From an uncultured Trueperaceae bacterium (GTDB taxonomy: Bacteria > Deinococcota > Deinococci > Deinococcales > Trueperaceae), in assembly GCA_963799485.1 (NCBI GenBank), contig CAWCXJ010000006.1:480001-544000 (forward strand): a stretch of 64,000 nucleotides of DNA, written 5' to 3'. Under the pieces are notes generated by a model, which did no database searches, was not told the origin of the DNA, and saw only the letters and a program-made list of their open reading frames with translations. Below, one piece after another: positions 31,636 to 41,857 of the stretch. The translations under genes were made by a program, and so were the position numbers. Position 1 is the stretch's first letter. Every line of letters begins with the position of its first letter.

Positions 31636-32001
31636 TCAGGAGAGCGTCAGCTTTCGGGGGCTACCAAGATTTGCCCCCGGTGCAGCGCTTCGTGCTGCGC
31701 GAGGTGGTGCAACACCCACTCGGGTGAAACGTCGTAAGCGGGCAGGTGCCTGAGCCGCCGGTACTTGGTTTCGTCCATCCCCAGCGTAAAGCCAGTCGGT
31801 TTCAATTGCCGCGAGGTGGTAGAGCAGTGTGCCGGAGGTGTTGCCGCTCGAGGTTTGGGCCCTCAACTGCGCCCGTGTCAACCCTTTTACGGCGCTGAGC
31901 GTACGGGCCCCGGCATCCTCTAAACGCCACAAATCAAGCCCGATAAGCTCGGGATAACCGGGGAGAGGTTGAACGCGCAACGTTTTGCCGGGTCTTGACA
32001 T
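31636..32001 (-). pseudogene. DinB-family gene with internal deletion/frameshift
   Basis: NTSGTLLYHLAAIETDWL followed by loss of frame; out-of-frame WVLHHL.QHE..H.GQI remnant. Confidence 0.7.
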
Positions 32002-32109
32002 GGGCTGAGTATAGACCTAAATACCAGATTTTTGCTCTACCTGACGGCCCGCTGACAAACGGGTAGCTAGAATCGAGCTTGTGAAGAGTTCAGTTTTGGT
32101 GAGTTACGC

Positions 32110-32784
32110 GTGAGCGCGCATATTCTGGTCGTCGAAGACGAGCCGGCAGTGCGTGAACTGCTCTCGTTTCACCTGAGCCGGGCCGGGTTTCGGGTCACCG
32201 AAGCCGAAACGCTCGCCGAGGCTTGGGCGCATGTTGCCGGGGCAGACGCGGTGGTGCTCGACTGGATGCTCCCGGACGGTTCCGGGGTGGACTGGCTGCA
32301 AACGTTGCGGCAAACGGTGAAGGGCGAACGTCGCCCCGTCCTGCTGCTGACCGCCCGCGCCAGCGAAACCGATAAGGTGCGGGGGCTCGACTCGGGCGCG
32401 GACGACTACCTCGTCAAACCGTTTTCGGCAGCCGAACTCGTGGCGCGGCTCCGGGCGCTTTTACGGCGTACCGAACCGGCACGTGTGCACAAAGTGGGGG
32501 CGCTTACGCTAGACGAACGTCAGGGGAGTGCCAGCTTCCAGGGTCGTCCCCTGAGCCTGACCCGGCGTGAGTTTGAGCTGTTGGCGTTTTTGTGCGCGTC
32601 GCCGGGGCGGGTGTTTTCGCGTACCGAACTGCTCGACCGGGTGTGGGGTGAAGACTTTTTAGGTACCGAGCGGACTGTAGACCAGCACGTCGCGCAGCTC
32701 CGGGCGTTGTTGGTCGAGGCCGACCTGATCGAAACCGTGCGCGGGCGTGGCTACCGCCTCAAGGGGCCGGAGCAGGGTGCCTAG
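32110..32784 (+). CDS. phoB: OmpR/PhoB-family response regulator
   Basis: VVEDE, LDWMLP, GADDYLVKPF, wHTH ETVRGRGY; next to phoU. Confidence 0.85.
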   Translation: MSAHILVVEDEPAVRELLSFHLSRAGFRVTEAETLAEAWAHVAGADAVVLDWMLPDGSGVDWLQTLRQTVKGERRPVLLLTARASETDKVRGLDSGADDYLVKPFSAAELVARLRALLRRTEPARVHKVGALTLDERQGSASFQGRPLSLTRREFELLAFLCASPGRVFSRTELLDRVWGEDFLGTERTVDQHVAQLRALLVEADLIETVRGRGYRLKGPEQGA

Positions 32785-33700
32785 TCAGCCACCTTACTTC
32801 GACCTTTTAGCAGAAGGTTTGATTGTGGTAAACGACAGCCGGGTTACGCGGCTTAACGCGGCAGCGGGCCGGTTTTTGGAAGTCGAACCGGACGCGGCAA
32901 GGGGCGCGGCGCTGATCAGCGTGGTGCGCGACCACCGGCTCGAGCAGGTCTTTTTAACCGGCAAAAGCACCGAACTCGAGACCCGTGGTCGGATTTTACG
33001 GGCCTCGGCGACGCCCGAGTGCCTCATCCTTCATGACCTGAGCGAAACACGCCGCGCCCAGGAGAGCGCCCGCGAGCTGTTAGCCGTGTTGTCGCACGAA
33101 CTCAGAACGCCCGCGACCACGATTCGCTCGACCTTGGAGGCACTCCGGTATCCCTTGGAGGAAGCGCAGCGCGAACGCTTTTTAGGCCGCGCCGAAGCTG
33201 AGACCGAGCGTTTGGTACGCCTCTTAAACGACCTGACCGTAGACGTGCGCCCGCCCAAACTCCGGTCGCTGGCGCTGCGCGAGGTCGTCTCACGGGCGCG
33301 GGCGCTGTTGCAAGGCACGTTTTTAGAGCATAAAGTGCAGCTCGAGTGCGCCGTCCCGTCTTTTACGGTGTTAGCCGACGCCGACAAGCTCTTGCAAGTT
33401 TTTATCAACTTGCTCGAGAACGCCGCTGTTCACGGCCCCGACGAAAAAACTATCTTTCTGCAAGCAGAGATGCAGGGTGCGTGGGTGCGGGTTTCGGTAC
33501 GCGACGAGGGGCAGCCGCTCCCCGAAAAGGCCATCGAAAGGCTTTTTGAACCGCACGCGCGGGGGCGCGGCGTCAAGGTCAAGGGAACAGGTTTGGGGCT
33601 TTATATCGTCCGCTCGATTGCCCAGCGTTGGGGCGGTGAGGCGTGGGGGAGACCCTTAGCGACCGGCAACGAATTCGGCTTTAGTGTACCGCTGCGGTAA
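32777..33700 (+). CDS. phoR: PhoR-like sensor histidine kinase (cytoplasmic, PAS-like N-terminus)
   Basis: SHELRTP, NLLENA, DEG, GTGLGL. Confidence 0.82.
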   Translation: MPSQPPYFDLLAEGLIVVNDSRVTRLNAAAGRFLEVEPDAARGAALISVVRDHRLEQVFLTGKSTELETRGRILRASATPECLILHDLSETRRAQESARELLAVLSHELRTPATTIRSTLEALRYPLEEAQRERFLGRAEAETERLVRLLNDLTVDVRPPKLRSLALREVVSRARALLQGTFLEHKVQLECAVPSFTVLADADKLLQVFINLLENAAVHGPDEKTIFLQAEMQGAWVRVSVRDEGQPLPEKAIERLFEPHARGRGVKVKGTGLGLYIVRSIAQRWGGEAWGRPLATGNEFGFSVPLR

Positions 33701-33872
33701 AGCTACGCCGGTGACTCTGCGGCATTTGTTGCGGGGCTCGAGGTTGCGACGAAGCCAAAGCTGCTTTGTTCTTGCGCCCACAGGCTGATTTGCCAGGCTG
33801 ACTTGCTCGAAGCCGGCGTTGAGAACGCCTGTATGAGGTCGTCACCGTAACGCGTTTGCCGGGCGAAAAATC

Positions 33873-36800
33873 TCAAAACGGCACCTCCGCCGGACGCACC
33901 GTTTCCTGGGCCGACCGACCGAAGCGGTTGCCCCGGCCGGCGGCGGCGCGCAGCAGGTTGTTCCGGTCGAGTGTCACGGACACTTTGAGCCACGGGCAGC
34001 TCAACCGGAGGTCGTCAAGGTGCTCTTTGGCAACCCGTAAGGCGTCGGTCTGGTATGTTGCCGTACCCCGTTCGGAACGCACCTTGAGCTGCAGGTTCGT
34101 CGTCCCGGCGTATTCGTCGACGTGCGAGCGGAAGTCTTTGAGCATCGTTTCGTTCACCTCCTCGAGCCGAAACTCGGCGACAGCGACTTCAGGCAGACTT
34201 TCGCGTTCGTCCCAGCGGATCAGCCGGTCGACGACCAGACGGGTGCTGCCGTCTTTATCCGCCGCCTCCGCGACGAGGACGGCGGGCGCGTCTTCTTCCA
34301 ATTTGTCGGCAATATCCTCGTAGGTGCGCCCGAAGGCGACGACCTCTTTGCTGCCGGTTTCGTCGGCCAACTCGAAAAACGCCATCATCCCGCCTGAACG
34401 CGTCGCTTTTTTCTGCACCTTCTGGATCAAACCTGCCAAAACGAGGTGCTGTCGCGGCTCGCCCCGTGCGGCGTCTACCAGGGCCTTATAGCAGCGCCCC
34501 AACCCCGCCACGGTACAACTCGCCGCTTCTGACAGCCCCGGATAGGCGTTCATCGGGTGGTCGGAGATGTATAAACCGAGCGCGTCTTTTTCAAACTTGA
34601 GCAGCTCGAGCCGACTGAGTGGGGTGACATTTTTGGCCTCGGGCGGCCTGGTCTCTTCTGCGCCAAAGAGCCCGAACTGTCCGGCGGAGGCGCTTGCGCG
34701 CTCTGCCGTGCCCCATTTTACGGCAGCCTCGAGGTTCGCTAAAATGGTGCTCCGGTCGCCCAGCTTGTCGAACGCGCCCGCCTTGACGAGATGCTCTAAC
34801 GCGCGTTTGTTGACCGAACTCGCGTCCACCCGTTTGCAAAAGTCGTACAAGTCTTTGAACTTGCCCTGTTCGCGTACCCGTAAAATATGCTCGACCGCGC
34901 CGTCGCCGACGTTTTTGATGCCGTAAAGCCCGAACCGCACGACCGCGCCGACCGGTGTAAAGTCGCTCCGCGAGTCGTTGATGTCGGGCGGCAGAACGTC
35001 GATCCCCAAATGCCTTGCGTCGGCGGCGTACTGCGCCACCTTATCCGAATCGCCGCGTTCGACGGTCAGCAGGGCGGCGGCAAACTCGACCGGGTAGTGG
35101 GCTTTGAGATACGCGGTCTGATAGGAAAGCACCCCGTAAGCCGCCGAATGTGACTTGTTGAAGCCGTAGTTGGCAAACTTCTCGAGCAGATCGAAAATCG
35201 CGTTCGCTTCACCTGCCGGAATGCCCTTTTCTTTGGCCCCCGACAGGAAAATCTCGCGCTGTTTGACCATCTCCTCGACTTTTTTCTTACCCATCGCGCG
35301 CCGCAGCAGGTCGGCCTCACCGAGCGAATAACCCGCAACGGCCTGGGCAATCTGCATAATCTGTTCCTGATAGACCGGAATACCGTAAGTTTCCTCCAAG
35401 ATGGGCTCGAGATGCACCCCGGCTTTGGGAAACTGCTCGGTATAGTCCACCTCTTCTTGTTTGTGGTGCCGCCGGATGTACGTCGGAATATTTTCCATCG
35501 GGCCGGGGCGGTACAACGCCGAAACCGCAATCAAATCCTGAATCCGGGTCGGACGGAGCTTCTTGAGCGTATCGACCATCCCCGGCGACTCGAACTGAAA
35601 CACGCCCGCTGCTTCGCCGCGTGAAAGCAGTTCAAAGGTTTTGGGGTCGCCCGCCGGAAACTCGTCGGGGTTGAGGTCCAGCCCCCGCGACTCCTTGACG
35701 ATACGGATCGCCGCCTCGATAAAGGTCAGCGTCCGCAGGCCCAAAAAGTCCATTTTGAGGAATCCGAGTTCTTCGATGCTGCCCATGTCGTACTGACAGA
35801 CGATGGGGCCGTCGCCGCTGCGAAAGACCGGGGCCAACTCCTGCACAGGTTCACGGGCGATGATGACGCCCGCCGCGTGAACCGAAGCGTGGCGCGTCAA
35901 GCCTTCCAAATTCATCGCCACGTCCATAAACTCTTTCGCGCCGTTGTCGTAGAGCGTTTTAATCTCGGACACTTCGTCCATCGCTTTTTGAATAGGTGTC
36001 GAACGACCAAAGACGACCGGGATGAGTTTCGATACGGCGTCGGCGTCGGCGTAGGGAATTTCCAGCACCCGCGCCGCGTCACGCACCGCAGCTTTCGACG
36101 CCATCGTCCCGAAGGTGGCAATCTGCGCGACCTTATCCTCACCGTACTTTTGCCGGACATACTCGACGACCTCGAGCCTACGCGCGTCCGAAAAATCCAC
36201 ATCGAAGTCGGGCATACTCACCCGGTCGGGGTTCAAAAACCGCTCGAAGAGCAGGTCGAACTCCAACGGGTCGATGTCGGTAATTCTTGTAGCAAACGCA
36301 ACAATAGAGCCCGCGCCCGAGCCGCGCCCCGGACCGACGGCGATGCCCTGGTCTTTGGCCCAGTTGATAAAGTCTGCGACAATCAGGAAATAGTCGGGAA
36401 AACCCATGGCGATAATCACGCCGAGTTCGTATTCGGCGCGGGCCAGAATCGTCATCGCTTCTTCGCTGAGCGTGCCCGCTGTTTTGAGCTTTTCCAGATG
36501 CGCGTAGGTAACGTACTTTGTACCGGCATCTTTGGCTTGCCGCTGACAGAGTTCTCCGGCGGTGGCGAGTTTGTCGAGCACGTCCTCGAGCGTCCCCGAA
36601 GCGTCTAGTTTGACGCTTTCGGTCATGCCCAAGTACTGCCGGTAAAGTGCCTCGTCGATGACCTCGTAGCGTTCTATCAAACCTTCATACGTCTGCACCC
36701 GGAGCTGTTCAGCCAGGGTGCGGCCTGCCGGAATCGGCAGTTCAGGCATCTGATAGATACGGTTGGGACCGATGGGCAAGGTCACGTCGCACATGTCGGC

Positions 36801-37706
36801 AACGGTGACACTATTGGCTAACGCGCTTGGAAAGTCGCGCTCAGGAATGGCGCGGGCCATCTCAGCGGGTGTTTTGACGTAAAACTCGTCGCACGGGAAT
36901 CTGAAGCGTTTGGGGTCGGAGAGCGTGGTTTTGGTCTGAATGGCTAAGAGCGCTTCGTGCGCCTTGGCGTCGTCTTTTTTGACGTAGTGCCCGTCGTTCG
37001 TGGCGATCATCCCGAGGCCGTGTTTGTCCGCTAACTCGCGGAGCATCGGGTTCAGCCGCGTTTGCTGCTCGGTCAGGTCGCGCAAGCTTTCAGTCATCTC
37101 GGCGGCTTCGGTCGGGACGTGGTTTTGCAGTTCGATAAAAAAGTCGTCGCCGTAAATGTCCAGATATTGCCGTAAAACCGCTTCGCCGGCTTCGGCACCG
37201 ACATCGAGCAGGTTGCGCGGCAGCTGCGCGCCCAGGCAACCCGAGAGGGCAATCACGCCTTCGGAATATTCGCGCAGGAGTTCGTGATCTACGCGCGGCT
37301 TCATGTAAAAGCCCTCGAGCCAACCCCGCGAGTTCAGTTTGCACAGGTTCTGATAACCCTTGAAGTTTTTCGCTAGCAGGGTTAAATGGAAGTAACCACC
37401 GTCGAGCTTGGAGGACGGGCGCTTTTTCTCAAAGCGTGAACCAGCCGTGACATACGCCTCAAAGCCGAGAATCGGTTTGACGCCCTCTTTTTCCGCTGCC
37501 TTGTAAAACTCGACTGCACCGTGCATGTTGCCGTGGTCGGTCATCGCCACCGTCGGATTCTCCGGCGAAACCTCCTTGACCCACTTCATCAGGTCTTTGA
37601 TGCGGGCTGCGCCGTCTAAAAGGCTGTAGGCCGTGTGCTGGTGGAGATGCGCGAATTTAAGCGGTTTAGGGGAGTCGGGCTTTGGGGTTTTTAGAGCGTC
37701 CGCCAT
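33873..37706 (-). CDS. dnaE: DNA polymerase III alpha subunit
   Basis: PHP HLHQHTAYSLLDGA, GRGSGAGS, PDFDVDF, GFNKSH; clamp motif QFGLF. Confidence 0.98.
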   Translation of the reverse strand: MADALKTPKPDSPKPLKFAHLHQHTAYSLLDGAARIKDLMKWVKEVSPENPTVAMTDHGNMHGAVEFYKAAEKEGVKPILGFEAYVTAGSRFEKKRPSSKLDGGYFHLTLLAKNFKGYQNLCKLNSRGWLEGFYMKPRVDHELLREYSEGVIALSGCLGAQLPRNLLDVGAEAGEAVLRQYLDIYGDDFFIELQNHVPTEAAEMTESLRDLTEQQTRLNPMLRELADKHGLGMIATNDGHYVKKDDAKAHEALLAIQTKTTLSDPKRFRFPCDEFYVKTPAEMARAIPERDFPSALANSVTVADMCDVTLPIGPNRIYQMPELPIPAGRTLAEQLRVQTYEGLIERYEVIDEALYRQYLGMTESVKLDASGTLEDVLDKLATAGELCQRQAKDAGTKYVTYAHLEKLKTAGTLSEEAMTILARAEYELGVIIAMGFPDYFLIVADFINWAKDQGIAVGPGRGSGAGSIVAFATRITDIDPLEFDLLFERFLNPDRVSMPDFDVDFSDARRLEVVEYVRQKYGEDKVAQIATFGTMASKAAVRDAARVLEIPYADADAVSKLIPVVFGRSTPIQKAMDEVSEIKTLYDNGAKEFMDVAMNLEGLTRHASVHAAGVIIAREPVQELAPVFRSGDGPIVCQYDMGSIEELGFLKMDFLGLRTLTFIEAAIRIVKESRGLDLNPDEFPAGDPKTFELLSRGEAAGVFQFESPGMVDTLKKLRPTRIQDLIAVSALYRPGPMENIPTYIRRHHKQEEVDYTEQFPKAGVHLEPILEETYGIPVYQEQIMQIAQAVAGYSLGEADLLRRAMGKKKVEEMVKQREIFLSGAKEKGIPAGEANAIFDLLEKFANYGFNKSHSAAYGVLSYQTAYLKAHYPVEFAAALLTVERGDSDKVAQYAADARHLGIDVLPPDINDSRSDFTPVGAVVRFGLYGIKNVGDGAVEHILRVREQGKFKDLYDFCKRVDASSVNKRALEHLVKAGAFDKLGDRSTILANLEAAVKWGTAERASASAGQFGLFGAEETRPPEAKNVTPLSRLELLKFEKDALGLYISDHPMNAYPGLSEAASCTVAGLGRCYKALVDAARGEPRQHLVLAGLIQKVQKKATRSGGMMAFFELADETGSKEVVAFGRTYEDIADKLEEDAPAVLVAEAADKDGSTRLVVDRLIRWDERESLPEVAVAEFRLEEVNETMLKDFRSHVDEYAGTTNLQLKVRSERGTATYQTDALRVAKEHLDDLRLSCPWLKVSVTLDRNNLLRAAAGRGNRFGRSAQETVRPAEVPF

Positions 37707-37751
37707 GCTTCATGTTACTCCCATCCGACCGAGGTACCAATCCGACCAAAG

Positions 37752-38051
37752 CTAGGCGGCGCGTTTTTCGGTAACGTGTCCGTCGAAGGTGCTGTCTGTT
37801 ATATAGGCGGGCGTAGTACGGGGCTCGAGCCTTACGATTTTACGCCGGCTCTGCGCTGCTACAGCCGGTTTAGCAACGACTCGCACGACCTCGAGCTGGG
37901 TGGGTGCCGGATACTGCGTCGCGGGGAGCCTGACAAGCGCACGGCGCAGTTCGGCGCATTTTGCCTGGCGGCGTCTGCCGAAATGTTCGATAGCCAGGAC
38001 AAGCAGACCGAGGAGGGCGGCGCGGATAAGGAGGGCGACTTCTGGGCTCAT
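37752..38051 (-). CDS. Hypothetical membrane-anchored protein
   Basis: MSPEVALLIRAALLGLLVLAI; RBS AAAGGA. Confidence 0.55.
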   Translation of the reverse strand: MSPEVALLIRAALLGLLVLAIEHFGRRRQAKCAELRRALVRLPATQYPAPTQLEVVRVVAKPAVAAQSRRKIVRLEPRTTPAYITDSTFDGHVTEKRAA

Positions 38052-38233
38052 CTGGGTTCCTTTCTCGCTACCGGTCGGGTAGCCGAGTGAGCTGAGACCA
38101 GCATACCTTAAATAATAAGGTATTTGATGAGAATAAGGTATATGGTGAGCCGGGCGACGCTCGAGGCTTGTCCAGCCCCGGCAATTCGTCACAGTCACGC
38201 CCTACACGCACAAATTCCTTATACTGGTCTCTT

Positions 38234-39202
38234 ATGAAACGTATCGCAGTCCTTACCAGCGGTGGCGACGCACCCGGCATGAACGCTGCCATCCGCGCAG
38301 TCGTTCGCACCGCGTGTTACGAAAATATCGAAATCTTCGGCGTGACGCGGGGCTACAAGGGTCTTATCGGGGGCGACTTCAAAGAGATGAACGCCCGCAG
38401 CGTCGACAACATCACGCAGCGCGGCGGCACAATCCTCTACAGCGCTCGTTGCAAGGAGTTTTTAGAACCTGCCGGGCGTGCTCAAGCGGCCGAAAAGCTC
38501 CGCGCTAACGGTATCGAAGGGCTCATTGTGATCGGCGGCAACGGCTCGTTTCAGGGCGCGCACCTGTTAGCCGCAGAGCAGGGCGTCAGGGTCATCGGGA
38601 TTCCCGGCACCATCGACAACGACATTTACGGCACCGACGTGACCATCGGTTTTCACACTGCTATGAACATCGCGCTGAGCGCCATCGACCGCCTGCGCGA
38701 TACCGGTCACTCACACGACCGCCTCTTTTTGGTCGAGGTGATGGGGCGGCATTCGGGTCATATTGCGCTGAACGTCGGGATTGCAGGGGGGGCCGAAGAG
38801 ATTCTGGTGCCCGAACGCGAGTACGACATCGACGCCATGGTCGCGTCGATTGCCGCGGGGCGGGGGCGGGGGCGGAGTTCGTCGATTATCGTCGTGGCCG
38901 AGGGCGCGGCTATCGGGGGGGCGATGGCGATTGAAAAACGTATCGAAGCGGCGAGCGGCTATGAAGTTCGCACAACTGTCCTAGGGCACGTGCAGCGCGG
39001 CGGCCCACCGACTACCCGCGACCGGGTTCTCGCGGCGCGGCTGGGTTATCACGCGGTGACGGCGCTCTTGGCGGGACAAACCGACGTGATGGTCGGCGTC
39101 GATAAACGCGACACCGTATTTATCCCGCTGCAAGAAACGTGGGAAAAGCAAAAAGAACTCGAGTGGCACCTCTACGACATCAACAAGATTTTAGCGGGTT
39201 AG
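38234..39202 (+). CDS. pfkA: ATP-dependent 6-phosphofructokinase
   Basis: LTSGGDAPGMN, PGTIDND, EVMGR, LGHVQRGG. Confidence 0.97.
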   Translation: MKRIAVLTSGGDAPGMNAAIRAVVRTACYENIEIFGVTRGYKGLIGGDFKEMNARSVDNITQRGGTILYSARCKEFLEPAGRAQAAEKLRANGIEGLIVIGGNGSFQGAHLLAAEQGVRVIGIPGTIDNDIYGTDVTIGFHTAMNIALSAIDRLRDTGHSHDRLFLVEVMGRHSGHIALNVGIAGGAEEILVPEREYDIDAMVASIAAGRGRGRSSSIIVVAEGAAIGGAMAIEKRIEAASGYEVRTTVLGHVQRGGPPTTRDRVLAARLGYHAVTALLAGQTDVMVGVDKRDTVFIPLQETWEKQKELEWHLYDINKILAG

Positions 39203-39369
39203 CGAGGTACTCGAGCTTACGCGGCAGTCTGCCGGGTGGCTGGACGATGAGGAATAAAGCAGAACGAACATCCTGAATTCTCCCCCCGGTGTTCTTGATT
39301 CTCACCTCCCTCAACACATGCTTGGGCGTAAACGACACCGCACAGGGTCAGCGCACCGTAGAATAATCT

Positions 39370-40020
39370 ATGACGCCAGGCTTGAGCAGTTTCACTGTTT
39401 TCGGCAATAGACCCCCGCAAACTGCCTTACCCGACGCGCTGCGCCGTGAACTCGGCAAAGGCGAGGTGCTCTACCACGCCCAGGACGAAGCCGTAAGCCT
39501 CTACCGTATCGACGAAGGTCTCTTAAAACTCAGCCTCGAGCTGCCCAGCGGACGCGAACGTATCACCCAACTCGTCGGCCCCGGTGATTACCTCGGCGCG
39601 CTCGCTGCCGACGCTTTTTACGGTGAACGCGCCGAAGCACTTTCGGCGAAGGTCAGTGTCAGGGAAGTTGCCAAAGAAAACGCCGAGATACTGGGTTCGG
39701 CCCTTTTGGAGGCGACCGGCGAACAGCTCCGGCGAGTTCGGGACGCGCTCGAGGACACCGACTTGCCCGTCGCCGCCCGCCTCGCCCGGACGCTCCTGCG
39801 CCTCGGTCGGCGATTTGGTCACACCTCCGAAGCGGGCCGGGTTCACCTCACCCTGCCGCTGACGCACGACACCCTGGCGGCGCTCGTCGGCGCAGCCCGC
39901 GAAACGACGACGGCGTTAATCAGCGAGATGCGCGCCGAGGGTGTGCTCAGCGGGACGCGCGGGCGCTACAGCTTTGAACAGGGTGCGCTGCTCGAGTTCG
40001 CCTACTCAGCCGCGTTCTAA
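39370..40020 (+). CDS. Crp/Fnr-family transcriptional regulator
   Basis: cNMP-like domain, LTHDTLAALVGAARETTT HTH. Confidence 0.9.
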   Translation: MTPGLSSFTVFGNRPPQTALPDALRRELGKGEVLYHAQDEAVSLYRIDEGLLKLSLELPSGRERITQLVGPGDYLGALAADAFYGERAEALSAKVSVREVAKENAEILGSALLEATGEQLRRVRDALEDTDLPVAARLARTLLRLGRRFGHTSEAGRVHLTLPLTHDTLAALVGAARETTTALISEMRAEGVLSGTRGRYSFEQGALLEFAYSAAF

Positions 40021-40105
40021 ATTCAAAAGTGTTGCAAAGCTTGTCTTCCTATGGCGCGAGGTTCTTCTTTTGGCTACCGAAGGCTGAGTCATAGTAAACG
40101 CTCCA

Positions 40106-40579
40106 CTACTGTTTGATTCGTTCGTTCAAATCCAGAATAATTCCCTCCGGCCCGCGCACGTAACACAACTTGTAACTGTTCTCATAGTTTTGAATCTCAC
40201 CGAAGATTTCTGCCCCTTTCGCTTTCAATTTGGCAACTAGAGCCTCGAGGTCTTCAACAAGAAAAGCGATGTGCCGTATGCCAAGAGCATTCACAGGAGA
40301 CTGCTGAACGTCCCCTTCATCTGGCGGCGTGTGAAATTTGATGAGCTCTATACTCGCCTCACCGCCCGGTGGTCGCATCATGACAAGTGAGGTTTTGACC
40401 TCTTTAAGCCCGAGCAGGTTGTCCAACAGTGCTCCTTCCATTTCCGCTTCCCCTTGCATCTCTAGTCCGAAATCAAGAAAAAACGTTTTAGCGGCAGGAA
40501 GGTCGTTGACGATGACGCCTATATGATCTATTTTCTTTATCTTTATGATTGTCTCCTTCCGTCTGTAGCAATAGGTCAT
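40106..40579 (-). CDS. VOC/glyoxalase family protein (start uncertain)
   Basis: IDHIGVIVNDL, IELIKF, GIRHIAF.V.DL, YVRGPEG. Confidence 0.85.
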   Translation of the reverse strand: MTYCYRRKETIIKIKKIDHIGVIVNDLPAAKTFFLDFGLEMQGEAEMEGALLDNLLGLKEVKTSLVMMRPPGGEASIELIKFHTPPDEGDVQQSPVNALGIRHIAFLVEDLEALVAKLKAKGAEIFGEIQNYENSYKLCYVRGPEGIILDLNERIKQ

Positions 40580-40797
40580 GTATACCTAGCAAGGTTACGC
40601 CTGCACGGCTTCTCGAAGCTTGCACGTTTACGGCAACCTAATCGGTAAGCGTGTTGTATCTAATCAGCATTTCAAAGAGAGATTGCTACCGTCATCATTT
40701 TAGAATGTGCGTGTTGCCCTGTAAATCTCAGTGGGAAAGCGTTGCTGACCAGATAATACCTGCTAAACGAAGCGTGGCTGTATTTCGCCTAAATAAG

Positions 40798-40830
40798 GAA
40801 ACGCCGCTAGGTCGCCCCTAGTGGCGTTTT
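40798..40830. terminator. Terminator hairpin downstream of tRNA-Ser
   Basis: AAACGCCGCTAGG...CCTAGTGGCGTTTT. Confidence 0.65.
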
Positions 40831-40851
40831 ACTTGTTCCTACCTTTTTCTC

Positions 40852-40943
40852 TGGCGGAGAGAGAGGGATTCGAACCCTCGGTACCAGTTACCCAGCACAC
40901 ACGCTTTCCAGGCGTGCTCCTTCAACCACTCGGACACCTCTCC
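40852..40943 (-). tRNA. tRNA-Ser (GGA)
   Basis: GGAGAGG...CACGC-CTGGAAA-GCGTG, long variable arm, GTTCGAATC, GCCA end. Confidence 0.96.
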
Positions 40944-41054
40944 AGGCGTTCTAGTCGGGCGTCTCACGTCCGGCCCTAGAGTCTAGCAAGTTTTACGGCG
41001 CGTTCGCAATGCCCGCAACATGCCGGAGTGCTTACGCGCGGCTACAATAGCGTT

Positions 41055-41696
41055 ATGCTAAGAGACCGCATTTTTAACCTCGAGACACCCGAAGACGTTC
41101 AAGGCTTCCTCAGCGAAAACCCGACCAGCATCATCTTCAAGGCTGGAACGTGCCACAAGACGATGCAGGGCTTCGGCTTTTTGCAAGAGCAGCTCGAGAC
41201 CAGAGACGACCTCTCGGTCGGCCTGATCCGCGTGGTGCAGGCGCGTCCGGCGAGTAATTTCGTTGCCGAGCAGACCGGCATCGTCCACCAGTCGCCGCAA
41301 GTGATTCTCTACCGTGACGGTGAAGCCGTGTTCGACGCCGACAACTGGGACATTACGCCCGAAGTTCTAGATACCGGCCTCGCCAAAGCGCCCTACAGCG
41401 GCGCGGTTGCCGCCGGCACGAACGCCGCAACCAGCGATTTGACGCCGTATGTGGGGCTACTCGAGCGCTACCTAAACGGGGAACTCGACGACCGCGAGTT
41501 CGAGTTCGCCTACACCACCACCTTCCGCGACGACGCTTCACTACGCAGCCGCGAAGAAGTCGAGGTTTTAGGCAGCATTTTCGGCGACGTCGACCGGCAC
41601 ATGGAGATGCACATGCTTATGGGCGGGCGCGGCAACAGCGAGGTGGTGCGGCAGCGGGCAGCGGCGGCTTTGGAGCAGCTTAAAACGCTTGCTTAA
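41055..41696 (+). CDS. Monothiol bacilliredoxin BrxC/YtxJ (DUF2847) protein with C-terminal extension
   Basis: IFKAGTCHKT, V...RPASNFVAEQTGIVHQSPQVIL. Confidence 0.8.
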   Translation: MLRDRIFNLETPEDVQGFLSENPTSIIFKAGTCHKTMQGFGFLQEQLETRDDLSVGLIRVVQARPASNFVAEQTGIVHQSPQVILYRDGEAVFDADNWDITPEVLDTGLAKAPYSGAVAAGTNAATSDLTPYVGLLERYLNGELDDREFEFAYTTTFRDDASLRSREEVEVLGSIFGDVDRHMEMHMLMGGRGNSEVVRQRAAAALEQLKTLA

Positions 41697-41857
41697 ACTC
41701 ACCTGACCCGAGCTCAACCCTGCTACTACACGGGCCGGGGTGCTAGACTTCTCAGTATGCCGCTACACAGCTCGAGTCCAAACTTGCAGAGGCAACCCGC
41801 CTCTGTTTTTTTACGCCCTTTATCCGCCGCGCCGTTTTTCCGGAGCAGCGTCTTACG

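Noticed and set aside
33703..33870. Gene between phoR and dnaE
   Set aside because: At most a short fragment resembling a GNAT C-terminus; no credible start.
36440..36680. Extra ~60-80 aa segment in DnaE as a possible intein
   Set aside because: No Cys/Ser start, His-Asn end or LAGLIDADG motifs; it fits the known Deinococcus-Thermus-specific insertion.
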